Source: an uncultured Actinomycetes bacterium
Lineage (GTDB): Bacteria; Actinomycetota; UBA4738; HRBIN12
NCBI GenBank assembly: GCA_963704885.1
Contig: CAVPIB010000007.1
Coordinates: 32,001 to 96,000 of the forward strand
DNA: 64,000 nucleotides
Reading direction: 5' to 3'
Below are positions 20,183-29,331 of the stretch, piece after piece. Positions within the stretch are counted from its first letter, which is position 1. The number at the start of each line of letters is the position of its first letter. Below the pieces are notes generated by a model, which saw only the letters and a list, made by a program, of their open reading frames with translations, had not been told where the DNA came from and ran no database searches. The translations under genes were made by a program, and so were the position numbers.

Positions 20183-21055
20183 TCAGCAGCCAGTTTCGTC
20201 TGGCAGGAGCGGCCGCAGCAGGAGCCCATACCGGGAGCCGTCACTGACCCACGGGGTCAGCTGGTTCGCCTGCTTCACGAGCGGCAGTAGCGCGGCGGCG
20301 TCGTCATCCGTCACGGCGCCACACCGCATCCCCTCCGGCCCGTTCTGCAAGGGGTCGCCGAACGTGAGGAGCCCCGGCGTGAGTGGCCAGTCGATCGGCG
20401 GCTGGACGAGCGTGTCGTCCGGACGATAATCGCCGACGAACACCCGCAACCCGGAGGGCTCGAACATGCCCTCGTCCGCGACCGTGCCCTCGGGCAGCCA
20501 GCTCAGGTCCGTCGCCTGGTTCTGGAACGCCAGGAGATCCTGCCTGGCTTGGAACTCGTCAGGGCTCATGCCATCCGGCTGGGTGTCGAGCAGGCCGAGC
20601 GCGTAAACCTGAGTCGTGTGCACCTGACCGTCGATGGTGAGCGTGAACGTAGTGGTCGGCGCGTCGGCGATCCCGACGCTGCCGAGATCGGAGTAGTCCC
20701 GGTCGACGTCGAGCCCCGCCTCTACCGCCTCCTGCAGCAGCAGCTCGATAGCCTCGGGTGTGAGCTGCGACTGCGACAGAGCCGGGAGCGCGGGACCGGG
20801 GTAGATCTCGATCTGCGCACCCGGCACGACCACGAGTCCGTTGCCGAAGAGCGAGAACATCGGCATATTCGTGAGGTTCCACTCGATGGGCACGAAGCCC
20901 CCACCCTGTTCGATGCGCAGGACCACCTGGGTCGCGCCCGTGTGATAGGAGATGCTGCCCCCGTCACCCGCTCCGTCGTCCGTAGGGGCGTTCGCGCATG
21001 CACTGCCGAGTATCCCGACGGACAGCACCACTGTGCCGATGAGTCTGGACCGCAT
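20183..21055 (-). CDS. Hypothetical lipoprotein
   Basis: Lipobox LGSAC, GGAGG RBS, acidic mature region, two further Cys (MRCG, terminal TGC). Confidence 0.75.
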   Translation of the reverse strand: MRSRLIGTVVLSVGILGSACANAPTDDGAGDGGSISYHTGATQVVLRIEQGGGFVPIEWNLTNMPMFSLFGNGLVVVPGAQIEIYPGPALPALSQSQLTPEAIELLLQEAVEAGLDVDRDYSDLGSVGIADAPTTTFTLTIDGQVHTTQVYALGLLDTQPDGMSPDEFQARQDLLAFQNQATDLSWLPEGTVADEGMFEPSGLRVFVGDYRPDDTLVQPPIDWPLTPGLLTFGDPLQNGPEGMRCGAVTDDDAAALLPLVKQANQLTPWVSDGSRYGLLLRPLLPDETGC

Positions 21056-21138
21056 CGTCCGTTCCTCCTAGTTCCGGGTTCGAGCTTGGACGCACCCAGC
21101 CTCGATCGGGTTCCCGCCGGTCACGATAGGCTCCGGCC

Positions 21139-22200
21139 ATGTCCGGGACCATGCGCGCGCTGCGCAAGATCGCCCCCGGCCCCGGTGCGGAGCTGGTGGA
21201 GCTACCCATCCCTGTTCCCGGTGAAGGCGAGGTGCTCGTTCGCGTGCACGCGGCCTCGATCTGCGGCACAGATCTACACATCTACGACTGGAACGAGTGG
21301 GCCGAGAAGCGGATCGGTCGTCTCCCCATGACGTTCGGCCACGAGGTCGCCGGGACGATCGAAGCTGTCGGAGCAGAGGTGCATCACCTGGAGCCGGGAG
21401 CGTTCGTGGCGGCGGAAACGCACATCGCCTGTGGGCAGTGCTCGACCTGTCGGACAGGCCGCGCACACATCTGCGAGAACCTGCGGATCCTGGGCGTCGA
21501 CACGGAGGGAGCGTTCGCCGACCACGTTCTGCTTCCTGCGGGGAACGCTTGGGTGGTGGGTGAGGGGATCCATCCCGACGTTGCCTCGATCATGGAGCCA
21601 TTCGGCAACGGCGTGCACGCCGCGTTCGGCACGGGCGGAGGTGAGGACATCGCCACCAACGCCGTTGCCGTGATCGGCTGCGGGCCGATCGGGCTGTTCG
21701 CGGTGGGGATCACGCGATCGCTAGGGGCATGGAAGGTCATCGCGATCGAGCCCAACGCTTATCGGCTGGAGATGGCATCGGCGATGGGTGCAGACCTGCT
21801 CGTCGATCCCGGTACCACGGATCCGGTGGCTGCGGTCATGGAGGCGACGAACGGCGGCGGCGCCGAAGTGGTGCTCGAGATGAGTGGCAACGCCAAGGCG
21901 ATAGATCAAGGAACGCGCATGCTCGCTCGGGGCGGCCGCCTATCTCTGCTGGGGCTGCCAGATGGACCTGTCACGCTCGATCTGAACGATCAGGTCATCT
22001 TCAAAGAGGCACGGCTCCAAGGCATCACGGGTCGAGAGATGTTCCGCACCTGGCAGCAGACCACCACGCTCCTTTCCACCGGGCGGGTCGATGTCGCGCC
22101 CGTCATCACACATCGCTTCGGACTGGAGCGGTTCGAAGAGGCATTCGCGGCCACCGCCTCGGGACGATCGGGGAAGGTCATCCTTCTCCCGGAAGGGTAG
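21139..22200 (+). CDS. tdh: L-threonine 3-dehydrogenase
   Basis: ICGTDLHIY.W, GHE, CGQCSTCRTG..HIC, GCGPIG, GITGREMFRTW; adjacent to kbl. Confidence 0.93.
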   Translation: MSGTMRALRKIAPGPGAELVELPIPVPGEGEVLVRVHAASICGTDLHIYDWNEWAEKRIGRLPMTFGHEVAGTIEAVGAEVHHLEPGAFVAAETHIACGQCSTCRTGRAHICENLRILGVDTEGAFADHVLLPAGNAWVVGEGIHPDVASIMEPFGNGVHAAFGTGGGEDIATNAVAVIGCGPIGLFAVGITRSLGAWKVIAIEPNAYRLEMASAMGADLLVDPGTTDPVAAVMEATNGGGAEVVLEMSGNAKAIDQGTRMLARGGRLSLLGLPDGPVTLDLNDQVIFKEARLQGITGREMFRTWQQTTTLLSTGRVDVAPVITHRFGLERFEEAFAATASGRSGKVILLPEG

Positions 22201-22204
22201 AGCT

Positions 22205-23383
22205 ATGGGAGCACTTGACTACCTGAAGGACGAACTGCAGCATCTGAAGGAACAGGGCCTGCTGCTGCATCCGCGAACGTTGCAGGGTGCGACCGGCGCT
22301 CACGCGAGGTTCGATGGCCGTGACGTGATCAACCTGGCCTCTAACAACTACCTAGGTCTAGCGAACCACCCTCGGCTGAACGAAGCAGCCGCCTCCGCAG
22401 CCCGGGAGTTCGGCGCCGGGACCGGCGCCGTTCGCACGATCGCAGGCACCATGACCATGCACCGAGAGCTGGAGCAGCGGTTCGCAGCATTCAAGCATGC
22501 CGAGACGGCGCTGATGTTCCAGTCTGGATTCACGTCCAACGCCGGGACCGTGGCCGCGATCCTTTCGAAGGACGACGTGATCGTGTCGGATCAGCTGAAC
22601 CATGCGTCGATCATCGATGGCGCCCGGCTCTCACGAGCCGAGATCAAGGTGTTCCCGCACAAGGACGTCGAGGCCGCCGACTCGTTGCTCGCCGAGACCG
22701 CCCGGCCCGGGCGTCGGCAGCTGCTGATCACCGACGGGGTCTTCAGCATGGACGGTGACATCGCCCCGTTGCCGGCCCTGGTCGAGGTCGCGGAGGGGCG
22801 CGGAGCGATCATGATGGTGGACGACGCGCACGCCTCCGGCGTGCTGGGTTCCGGTGGCGCCGGGACGGTGGACCATTTCGATCTCCACGGACGCGTCGAC
22901 ATCCAGGTCGGAACGCTGTCCAAGGCGATCGGCGTTTTGGGTGGGTTCATCGCCGGTCCTCGGCACCTGATCGAGTGGTTGGAGAACCGTGGCCGCCCGT
23001 TCCTCTTCTCGACCAGCGCCCCTCCGGCGGTCGTGGCGGCTTGCTTGGCTGCTCTGGACGTGATCCACGACGAACCCGAACGGCTGGAACGGTTGTGGTC
23101 GAACACCGAGCTGTTCAAGGAAGGGCTGCACGCGCTCGGTTTCGATACCGGTGGCTCCGAGACCCCGATCACTCCCGTCATCATCGGCGACGAACAGCAG
23201 ACGCAGGAGTTCGCGCGTCAGTCGTTCGAGGCCGGTGTGTTCTGTCCCGCGATCGTCTTCCCCACGGTGGGCCGTGGAGCGGCGCGCGTACGGACGATCG
23301 TCACCGCCGATCACACGCAAAGCGATCTGACCCAAGCTCTCGACGTCTTCGATCGTGTCGGCCGTCAGCTGGGGATCCGCTGA
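22205..23383 (+). CDS. kbl: Glycine C-acetyltransferase (2-amino-3-ketobutyrate CoA ligase)
   Basis: NLASNNYLGL, SDQLNHASIIDG, DGVFSMDG, DDAH, GTLSKA (PLP Lys); operon with tdh. Confidence 0.9.
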   Translation: MGALDYLKDELQHLKEQGLLLHPRTLQGATGAHARFDGRDVINLASNNYLGLANHPRLNEAAASAAREFGAGTGAVRTIAGTMTMHRELEQRFAAFKHAETALMFQSGFTSNAGTVAAILSKDDVIVSDQLNHASIIDGARLSRAEIKVFPHKDVEAADSLLAETARPGRRQLLITDGVFSMDGDIAPLPALVEVAEGRGAIMMVDDAHASGVLGSGGAGTVDHFDLHGRVDIQVGTLSKAIGVLGGFIAGPRHLIEWLENRGRPFLFSTSAPPAVVAACLAALDVIHDEPERLERLWSNTELFKEGLHALGFDTGGSETPITPVIIGDEQQTQEFARQSFEAGVFCPAIVFPTVGRGAARVRTIVTADHTQSDLTQALDVFDRVGRQLGIR

Positions 23384-23457
23384 CAGGGGTAGATGAGCCT
23401 CTAGTCGGTCTCGTCTCCCAGCATCGAGCCGTCGAGACCTTCGGTAGGGTGGCGATC

Positions 23458-24366
23458 GTGGGAGAACGGGAAGCCCTCCGCGATCGACTGGGCCAGTTCG
23501 GCGTGTGGACCTTCGCCTTCGACTCTCAGGCCGCCGCCGACGTTCGGCGCAACGCGCTCGAGATCGAGTCGATGGGCTTCCGGGCGCTCTGGGTTCCTGA
23601 GGGCTTGTCATCCCGAGATGTGTTCGCGCACCTGGCCTTGCTGCTTTCGGCTACCGATCGACTGACGATCTGCTCGGGGATCGCGAACGTGACCGCCCGT
23701 GATCCATGGGTGATGGCTTCCGGCGCGGGCACGCTCGCCGACGCGTGGCGGGACCGCGTGGTGCTGGGTCTGGGCATCGGACACCCGTACACGACGGAGT
23801 CGCGAGGGCAGACTTGGGCCAGGCCGCTCGAGCGGATGACCTCTTACCTGGACGCCATGGACGGTGCTCCGTCGAACGGACCTCCGCCGGATCCGCCTGT
23901 CCGACGTCTGATCGCCGCGCTCGGCCCGAAGATGCTCGCGCTTTCGGCCGAGCGAGCGCTCGGCGCTCACACCTACTTCGCGCCCGTCGAGCACACGGCC
24001 GCGGCTCGGGCGACGCTCGGCCCGGACCCGGTGCTGGCCGTCGAACAGACGGTCGTCCTTTCGGTCGATCCGGGCGCCGCTCGACACATCGCGCGCGACT
24101 GGGCGCGTCATTACCTGGAACTAGCGAACTACGCGAACAACCTTCGCCGGATGGGCTTCTCCGAAGACGATCTAGCCGACGGAGGGAGCGACCGACTGAT
24201 CGACGCGACGATCTCCTGGGGAGACGTGGATGCGGTGAAGGGAAGGGTTGAGGAGCACCTGCAGGCGGGAGCCGACCATGTGTGCGTGCAAGTCATCTCG
24301 GGCGACGACTCTGACGCCTGCGTTCCGCAGCTGCGGGATCTGGCGTCTGCGCTGCTCACCGGCTAG
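23458..24366 (+). CDS. LLM-class (probably F420-dependent) oxidoreductase
   Basis: ALWVPE, SGIANV, LGLGIGH, IAALGPKML, GAHTYF, GADHVCVQ. Confidence 0.85.
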   Translation: MGEREALRDRLGQFGVWTFAFDSQAAADVRRNALEIESMGFRALWVPEGLSSRDVFAHLALLLSATDRLTICSGIANVTARDPWVMASGAGTLADAWRDRVVLGLGIGHPYTTESRGQTWARPLERMTSYLDAMDGAPSNGPPPDPPVRRLIAALGPKMLALSAERALGAHTYFAPVEHTAAARATLGPDPVLAVEQTVVLSVDPGAARHIARDWARHYLELANYANNLRRMGFSEDDLADGGSDRLIDATISWGDVDAVKGRVEEHLQAGADHVCVQVISGDDSDACVPQLRDLASALLTG

Positions 24367-25052
24367 GAGCGGTCGCGCAGACGCGTGAGGACCGCCTCGC
24401 TCTGGAGCTCGCGGAGTGCGTCGCGGCCGATCCACCGAGCGCTCCGTGAGTCGAGCTCGAGGAGGCGCCGGGTCTCCGCAACGGCGGCCGCGTTCAACGC
24501 CAGACTGCGCTTGCCGATGTTCCTCAGCGCCCAGCTCACTGACTTCTTCACGTAGTTCCGTTCATCGATCGCCCCTCGCCGGATCACGGGGAACCATGAC
24601 GCGAACACGTCATCCGGTGACGTCCGGTCGTGTACCGCCCACCCCGCGATCATGGCGAACCCGGCACGCTTGACGAACGCCTCCTCCCTGCGCACCCACG
24701 ACCTCGCCATCCTCGGCCCCGACGGGCATCTCTCGAAGAGGTTGCCGCACACCTGGTCGCAGACGTCCCAGGAGTCGAGGTCAGCGACCCATCGCTCCAT
24801 CTGCTCGTCGGTGACGAGCGCGGTGTCATCCACCATCGACGCGAGGATGCGTGCCTCGCCGATGCCGGTCTCCCAAAGACCGAGAGCGAGTTCGTGATCC
24901 GGGCGGTGGCGCCGCGCCAGGGTACGCAGGTTCGGGAGGGAGACGCCGATCGCTCGCTCGACGTTGATGCCCACCCGTGCCATCCCCGGTAGGCGGCTGG
25001 GGTCGGCGAGAGTACGCAGCTGATCGATCACCTCGCTGGTCTTCGCGTTCAA
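24363..25052 (-). CDS. DNA alkylation repair protein (AlkD-like HEAT-repeat)
   Basis: GVSLPNLR, LWETGIGEAR, DSWDVCD, FVKRAGF, DERNYVKKSVSWALRNIGKR. Confidence 0.88.
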   Translation of the reverse strand: MNAKTSEVIDQLRTLADPSRLPGMARVGINVERAIGVSLPNLRTLARRHRPDHELALGLWETGIGEARILASMVDDTALVTDEQMERWVADLDSWDVCDQVCGNLFERCPSGPRMARSWVRREEAFVKRAGFAMIAGWAVHDRTSPDDVFASWFPVIRRGAIDERNYVKKSVSWALRNIGKRSLALNAAAVAETRRLLELDSRSARWIGRDALRELQSEAVLTRLRDRS

Positions 25053-25065
25053 GGCCTGACGCTCC

Positions 25066-26143
25066 CTACGCCCGGTTCGGGATGGCGACCAGGTGCAACC
25101 CCATCCGGCGGATCCCACGGATGATCCGAGGGCAGCGCTCGGATCGTGGCGCTTCGGTCTCCACCTCCGTCGTGCAAGAGGACGATGGAACCGGGCCGGA
25201 CGGCAGCGAGCACCCGTCTGACGATCCGCCGCGCCGACGTCCCTTCCGTCCAGTCCCCGGCGTCGATGCTCCACGTCACGACCCGCATCCCCTGCCTACG
25301 AGCCTCCTGCACCACCTCGCCATCGTAGCTGCCGCCGGGCGGGCGGAAGAGCCGGGTCCGGACGCCGAGCGCGGAGAGGTGACGCGACGTACGCCCGATC
25401 TCCTCGATCATCCGCCGCCGCCCCAGGTCGGCGAGCGGAGGTTCCAGCGGGTGGTCCCAAGAGTGGTTGCCGATGCGCATGCCGGCCTGATCGACCATCT
25501 CGACGATCCTCGGGTACCGCTCGGCGAGGTAACCAACCATGAAGAATGTGGCCCGGACGTGGAACCGACGGAGGATCTGGATCACCCGACGTGTTTGGGC
25601 GGGCCACGGGCCGTCGTCGAACGTGAGGGCCACTTCCCTCCGGGCCAGACCGCGGCCCATGGGCACATCCCGCTGCCGAACGATCTCGCCCGAGACCTCG
25701 CCCTCGAGGGTCACCCGGCGGATCCGGAAGCGGCGTAGCGTCCGTTCGGGGTTCCCGAGGCGACGACCGCGGAGTAGCTCCACGGAACGACGCGTACCCT
25801 CCGTGCGGTCTGCGCCATCGACGACCGCGATCGCGTCGCCGGTCGTTAGTCGGGTTACCTCCGATGCCTCGACGCCGTTCAACAGGATGCTTCCCGGCGT
25901 GTCGACCGGGTCGAGCACGACGCCGGAGACGGACACGAGTCGTCCATGGTGCGCCCTGAGCGAGAACCGAACGATCGCTTCACCGAAGGTGGTTCCCGGT
26001 GGGAGCTCGTGCGGCGCGTCGCCCACGGCGATCCTGATAGGAGGCGGAGCCTGGGGCTCAACGGGGCCGCAGGCGGCCAGGATCGCGGCGCACAGGACGG
26101 ACGCCGCGCCACACCGCGCGGAGCGGAGGGATCTCCCGGCCAT
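25066..26143 (-). CDS. Polysaccharide deacetylase (NodB domain) lipoprotein; apparent 1-bp insertion near 25130
   Basis: LAAC lipobox, ALTFDDGP, NHSWDH, FRPPGG, IVLLHDGG. Removing one base restores the typical ending LPRIIRGIRRMGLHLVAIPNRA*. Confidence 0.85.
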
Positions 26144-26212
26144 GGGAAGCCTCCATGGTGCCACGGGCGTCAAGGAGACGCCTGGGATGATGGGAAGGTG
26201 GAAGAGGGACGC

Positions 26213-26602
26213 GTGTCCGCGCGGACGGGAACGATCCTCAGGGTCGCCGATATCCTGGCGCTGATCGCGTTCGTGCTGGTCGGGATCCGGTCGCACTATG
26301 GCAGGGAGATGCCGGTCGTGTTCCTCCGAAACGCCGTGCCGCTGCTGGTGGCCTGGTTCGTCGTGGCGGTCCCCGTGGGCACCTATCGGCGACCCTCCCC
26401 GCGTTCGCTGGCCGTGACTTGGGTCTTGGCGGTGCCGATTGGCCTGGTCGCGCGATCGTTCATCCTGGGGTCCCCGACGGGGTCACGGCTCGCGACCTTC
26501 CTAGGGGTGGGTCTCGCGTTCACGCTGCTCTTCCTCGTCGCCGGGCGCCTGCTCGCTGGGCTCATCCAACGGCGGGTGCTCCCGGTGGGGCCCAGAACGT
26601 GA
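26213..26602 (+). CDS. DUF3054-like membrane protein
   Basis: 'ADILALIAFVLVGIRSH' and four hydrophobic segments. Confidence 0.75.
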   Translation: MSARTGTILRVADILALIAFVLVGIRSHYGREMPVVFLRNAVPLLVAWFVVAVPVGTYRRPSPRSLAVTWVLAVPIGLVARSFILGSPTGSRLATFLGVGLAFTLLFLVAGRLLAGLIQRRVLPVGPRT

Positions 26603-26615
26603 TTCGATAGCGGCT

Positions 26616-26804
26616 ATGAGCCACGACCCACCGGAGCTCGACCCGGCGGAGATCCCGGACGACGACCCGAGTCTTGAGGCGACCCGGAAGCTCATCGCCG
26701 CGACCGAGGAGCTCCGCGCCCTCCTGGCGCCCCTCACTCCCAACGAGCGCGAGCGCGTGCTCGAACTGGCCCGTTGGCTGAAGGACAACCCCGAGGGGTA
26801 CTGA
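26616..26804 (+). CDS. Small acidic hypothetical protein (62 aa)
   Basis: GC3-rich codon usage; follows the DUF3054 gene on the same strand. Confidence 0.55.
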   Translation: MSHDPPELDPAEIPDDDPSLEATRKLIAATEELRALLAPLTPNERERVLELARWLKDNPEGY

Positions 26805-26809
26805 GCCGG

Positions 26810-27025
26810 CTAGTACCGGTAGTCCTGCTTGGGCGGCTGCAGACGCCGGTCCAGGTCCCTCTCGAATCGGCGTGCCTGTCGCCGGAGCAACAGGTAGGCG
26901 ATGTATCCCAGCACGATCACGGTCATCACCACGGTCAAGATGATGAAAACCGTCGCCTTGACGACCGCGCCCAATACGCCGAACGCGGTCGCTACCAGCA
27001 CCAAGAACAACAACATCCAACCCAT
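26810..27025 (-). CDS. Small membrane protein (71 aa)
   Basis: Two hydrophobic helices and a basic tail; TAGGGT 6 nt upstream of the ATG. Confidence 0.65.
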   Translation of the reverse strand: MGWMLLFLVLVATAFGVLGAVVKATVFIILTVVMTVIVLGYIAYLLLRRQARRFERDLDRRLQPPKQDYRY

Positions 27026-27109
27026 ACACCAACCCTACCGCGTCGTCCCTCGAACGTTCGCTCGCAAGCGACGGGCGGGTCACCGGCTGCTCGGGCATAC
27101 TCCACCTCG

Positions 27110-27928
27110 ATGGCCGACCTGGAGGGGTACCGTTCTCCGCTCGCACCCGACGCGAATCAGGGCACGGTGGCGATCGTCACCGGAGGCGGAACCGGCATCG
27201 GCCGCGCGACGGCGTGGGAGCTCGCTCGATCCGGCGCGACGGTGGCTATCTGCGGACGGAGGCCCGAGCTGCTGGAGGCCGTGGGCGAAGAGCTAACGGC
27301 CGCCGGCCACGGATGCCTGGCAGTGCCGACCGACGTGCGTGAGCCGGACCAGGTCCGTTCGTTCCTCGATCTGGTGGATGCACGGCTGGGAGCCGTGGAC
27401 GTGCTCGTTAACTGCGCGGGCGGCCAGTTCGCGGCGCCGCTCGAAGACATATCGCTCAAGGGTCTGCGTGCCGTTCACCGACTGAACGTGGATGCGACCT
27501 GGGACGTGACCCAGCATGTGGCCGCGCGATGGATGATCCCGCGCCGCTCGGGGTTCGTGGCGTTCGTGGGGTTCAGCCCGCGCCGAGGCGTCCCGACCAT
27601 GATCCACTCGTCCACCGCCCGATCCGCCCTGGAGACGTTCGCGGCTGGGATCGCCCAGGAGTGGTCGAAGTTCGGGATCCGCGCGGTGTGCATCGCCGCC
27701 GGTTTGATCCGAACGGAGGGCTCCCTGCAGTACGGAGGCCAGGCGCTGATCGACGAGTTCGCGGCGCAGGTGCCGATGAAACGGGCCGGGTCGCCGGAGG
27801 AGGTGGCGTCGATGATCGCGTTCCTGGCGTCGCCGGGCGGCGCCTACGTCACCGGCGCGACGATCGCGATCGACGGCGGCGCGGACACCTGGGGTATGGG
27901 GATGCCGCCACCCGATATCGAGCCTTAG
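27110..27928 (+). CDS. SDR oxidoreductase (enoyl-CoA reductase/citronellol dehydrogenase-like)
   Basis: TGGGTGIG, CGRR, NCAGGQF; HSSTAR in place of YxxxK. Confidence 0.85.
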   Translation: MADLEGYRSPLAPDANQGTVAIVTGGGTGIGRATAWELARSGATVAICGRRPELLEAVGEELTAAGHGCLAVPTDVREPDQVRSFLDLVDARLGAVDVLVNCAGGQFAAPLEDISLKGLRAVHRLNVDATWDVTQHVAARWMIPRRSGFVAFVGFSPRRGVPTMIHSSTARSALETFAAGIAQEWSKFGIRAVCIAAGLIRTEGSLQYGGQALIDEFAAQVPMKRAGSPEEVASMIAFLASPGGAYVTGATIAIDGGADTWGMGMPPPDIEP

Positions 27929-27955
27929 CCCGAGGTGGCGTGAGCTGGTGGGGGT

Positions 27956-28423
27956 TCAGCCGGCGGGCGAAGCCGAGCGGCGCACCGCGCGCACGATGCC
28001 GTCGTAACCGGTGCATCGGCAGAGGTTGCCGGCGAGCGCGATGCGGATCTCATCCTCGGCCGGGTCGGGGTTCGCGCGCAGGAGAGCCGAAGCCGAGATC
28101 AGCATGCCCGGCGTGCAGAACCCGCACTGCACGCCACCCTCCTCGAGGAAGGCCTGCTGCAGGGGTGCGAGACCCTCGGCGCCGGTCAGGCCCTCGACCG
28201 TCATGACCTCGCGACCTTCGGCCTGTAGGGCGAGGTACGAACAGGAGTTCACCGGCCTGCCGTCGAGGAGCATCATGCAGGCGCCGCATTCAGAGTCGTC
28301 GCACCCTTCTTTCGAGCCGGTGAGCCCTATCTCGTCGCGCACCGCCTTCAGCAGACTCAGGTGCGGGTCGATCTCGACCGGGTAGTCGGTGCCGTTCACG
28401 TTCAGGGTCGCGGCCACCTTCAT
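27956..28423 (-). CDS. Mo-hydroxylase small (2x[2Fe-2S]) subunit, CoxS-like
   Basis: GSKEGCDDSECGAC, QCGFCTPG, GNLCRCTGY. Confidence 0.95.
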   Translation of the reverse strand: MKVAATLNVNGTDYPVEIDPHLSLLKAVRDEIGLTGSKEGCDDSECGACMMLLDGRPVNSCSYLALQAEGREVMTVEGLTGAEGLAPLQQAFLEEGGVQCGFCTPGMLISASALLRANPDPAEDEIRIALAGNLCRCTGYDGIVRAVRRSASPAG

Positions 28424-29331
28424 GGGCCGTCTCCTCCCGAGCCGTAGAGCGCGTCGCTCGCGGGGATCTCGACGCTCTCGCCGCGCGCGCGTGCGAGCGC
28501 GGCCGCGATGGCTCGACGAGCGACGACCTCGGCCATCGCGAGCCGGTAGTCGGCCGAGGCTCGGACGTCGCTGATCGGGGCGGAGCCGGCGGCGGCTGCG
28601 CGCGCCGCCGCAACCATCGCCGCGTCACCACCGTCGGTGTTGATGAGCGCCTGCTCGGCCTCAGGGATCCGGCGGATCGTGGGCGCGAGAGCGGTGATAG
28701 CGATGCGGGCGTCGTCCACCGATCCGGCGTCGACCACGACGACGGCCGTGGCGCCGACCACCGCGATCTCCATCTGCCGGCGGTACTCGAGGCGGACGTA
28801 GGCCGAACCGGTACCTGGAGCCGGCTCGGGGAGGTCGATCGCGACCAGGAGCTCGCCCGGCGCGACCACCGTCGCGCCGGGGCCCGTCCAAAGGTCTCCG
28901 ATCGACACGCTTCGCTCGGCCTCGGCCGAGCGAAGCGTCACGGTGGCGCCGAAGCACAGCAGCGGACCCCCGGTATCCATAGCAGGGGACGCGTTCATGA
29001 CGTTGCCGCCGATCGTGCCGTTGGCGCGGGTCGCGTGCGATCCCACGATGGCCGATGCGTCGGCCAGTGCCGTGTACCTCACCCTGACGGCGTCGCTAGC
29101 CACGATCGCCTCGTGCGTCGCGAGGGCGCCGAGATGCAGCCCTCCGTCGGTCTCGGTGAGATCGCGCAACGCCTCGATGCGGTCGATCGCGACGATCGCG
29201 TCGGGCAGTGGCGCTTTGCCCTGGCGGGCACCCACCACCAGGTCGGTCCCGCCGGCCACGGGTCTCGCTCCCGCGCCGAGCGCGGCCATCGCCTCCTCCA
29301 GCGTCGTCGCTGATACGAACGACCTGGTCAT
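28420..29331 (-). CDS. Mo-hydroxylase FAD-binding medium subunit, CoxM-like
   Basis: AGGTDL, IVGSHATRANGTIGGNVMNASP, PISDVRASADYR. Confidence 0.93.
   Translation of the reverse strand: MTRSFVSATTLEEAMAALGAGARPVAGGTDLVVGARQGKAPLPDAIVAIDRIEALRDLTETDGGLHLGALATHEAIVASDAVRVRYTALADASAIVGSHATRANGTIGGNVMNASPAMDTGGPLLCFGATVTLRSAEAERSVSIGDLWTGPGATVVAPGELLVAIDLPEPAPGTGSAYVRLEYRRQMEIAVVGATAVVVVDAGSVDDARIAITALAPTIRRIPEAEQALINTDGGDAAMVAAARAAAAGSAPISDVRASADYRLAMAEVVARRAIAAALARARGESVEIPASDALYGSGGDGP

Noticed and set aside
20183-20190. Sec read-through at the GC-TGA end of the lipoprotein, and at the TGA stops of DsrE and TusA
   Set aside because: I saw no convincing SECIS hairpin or homologous continuation, and the domains look complete at these stops.
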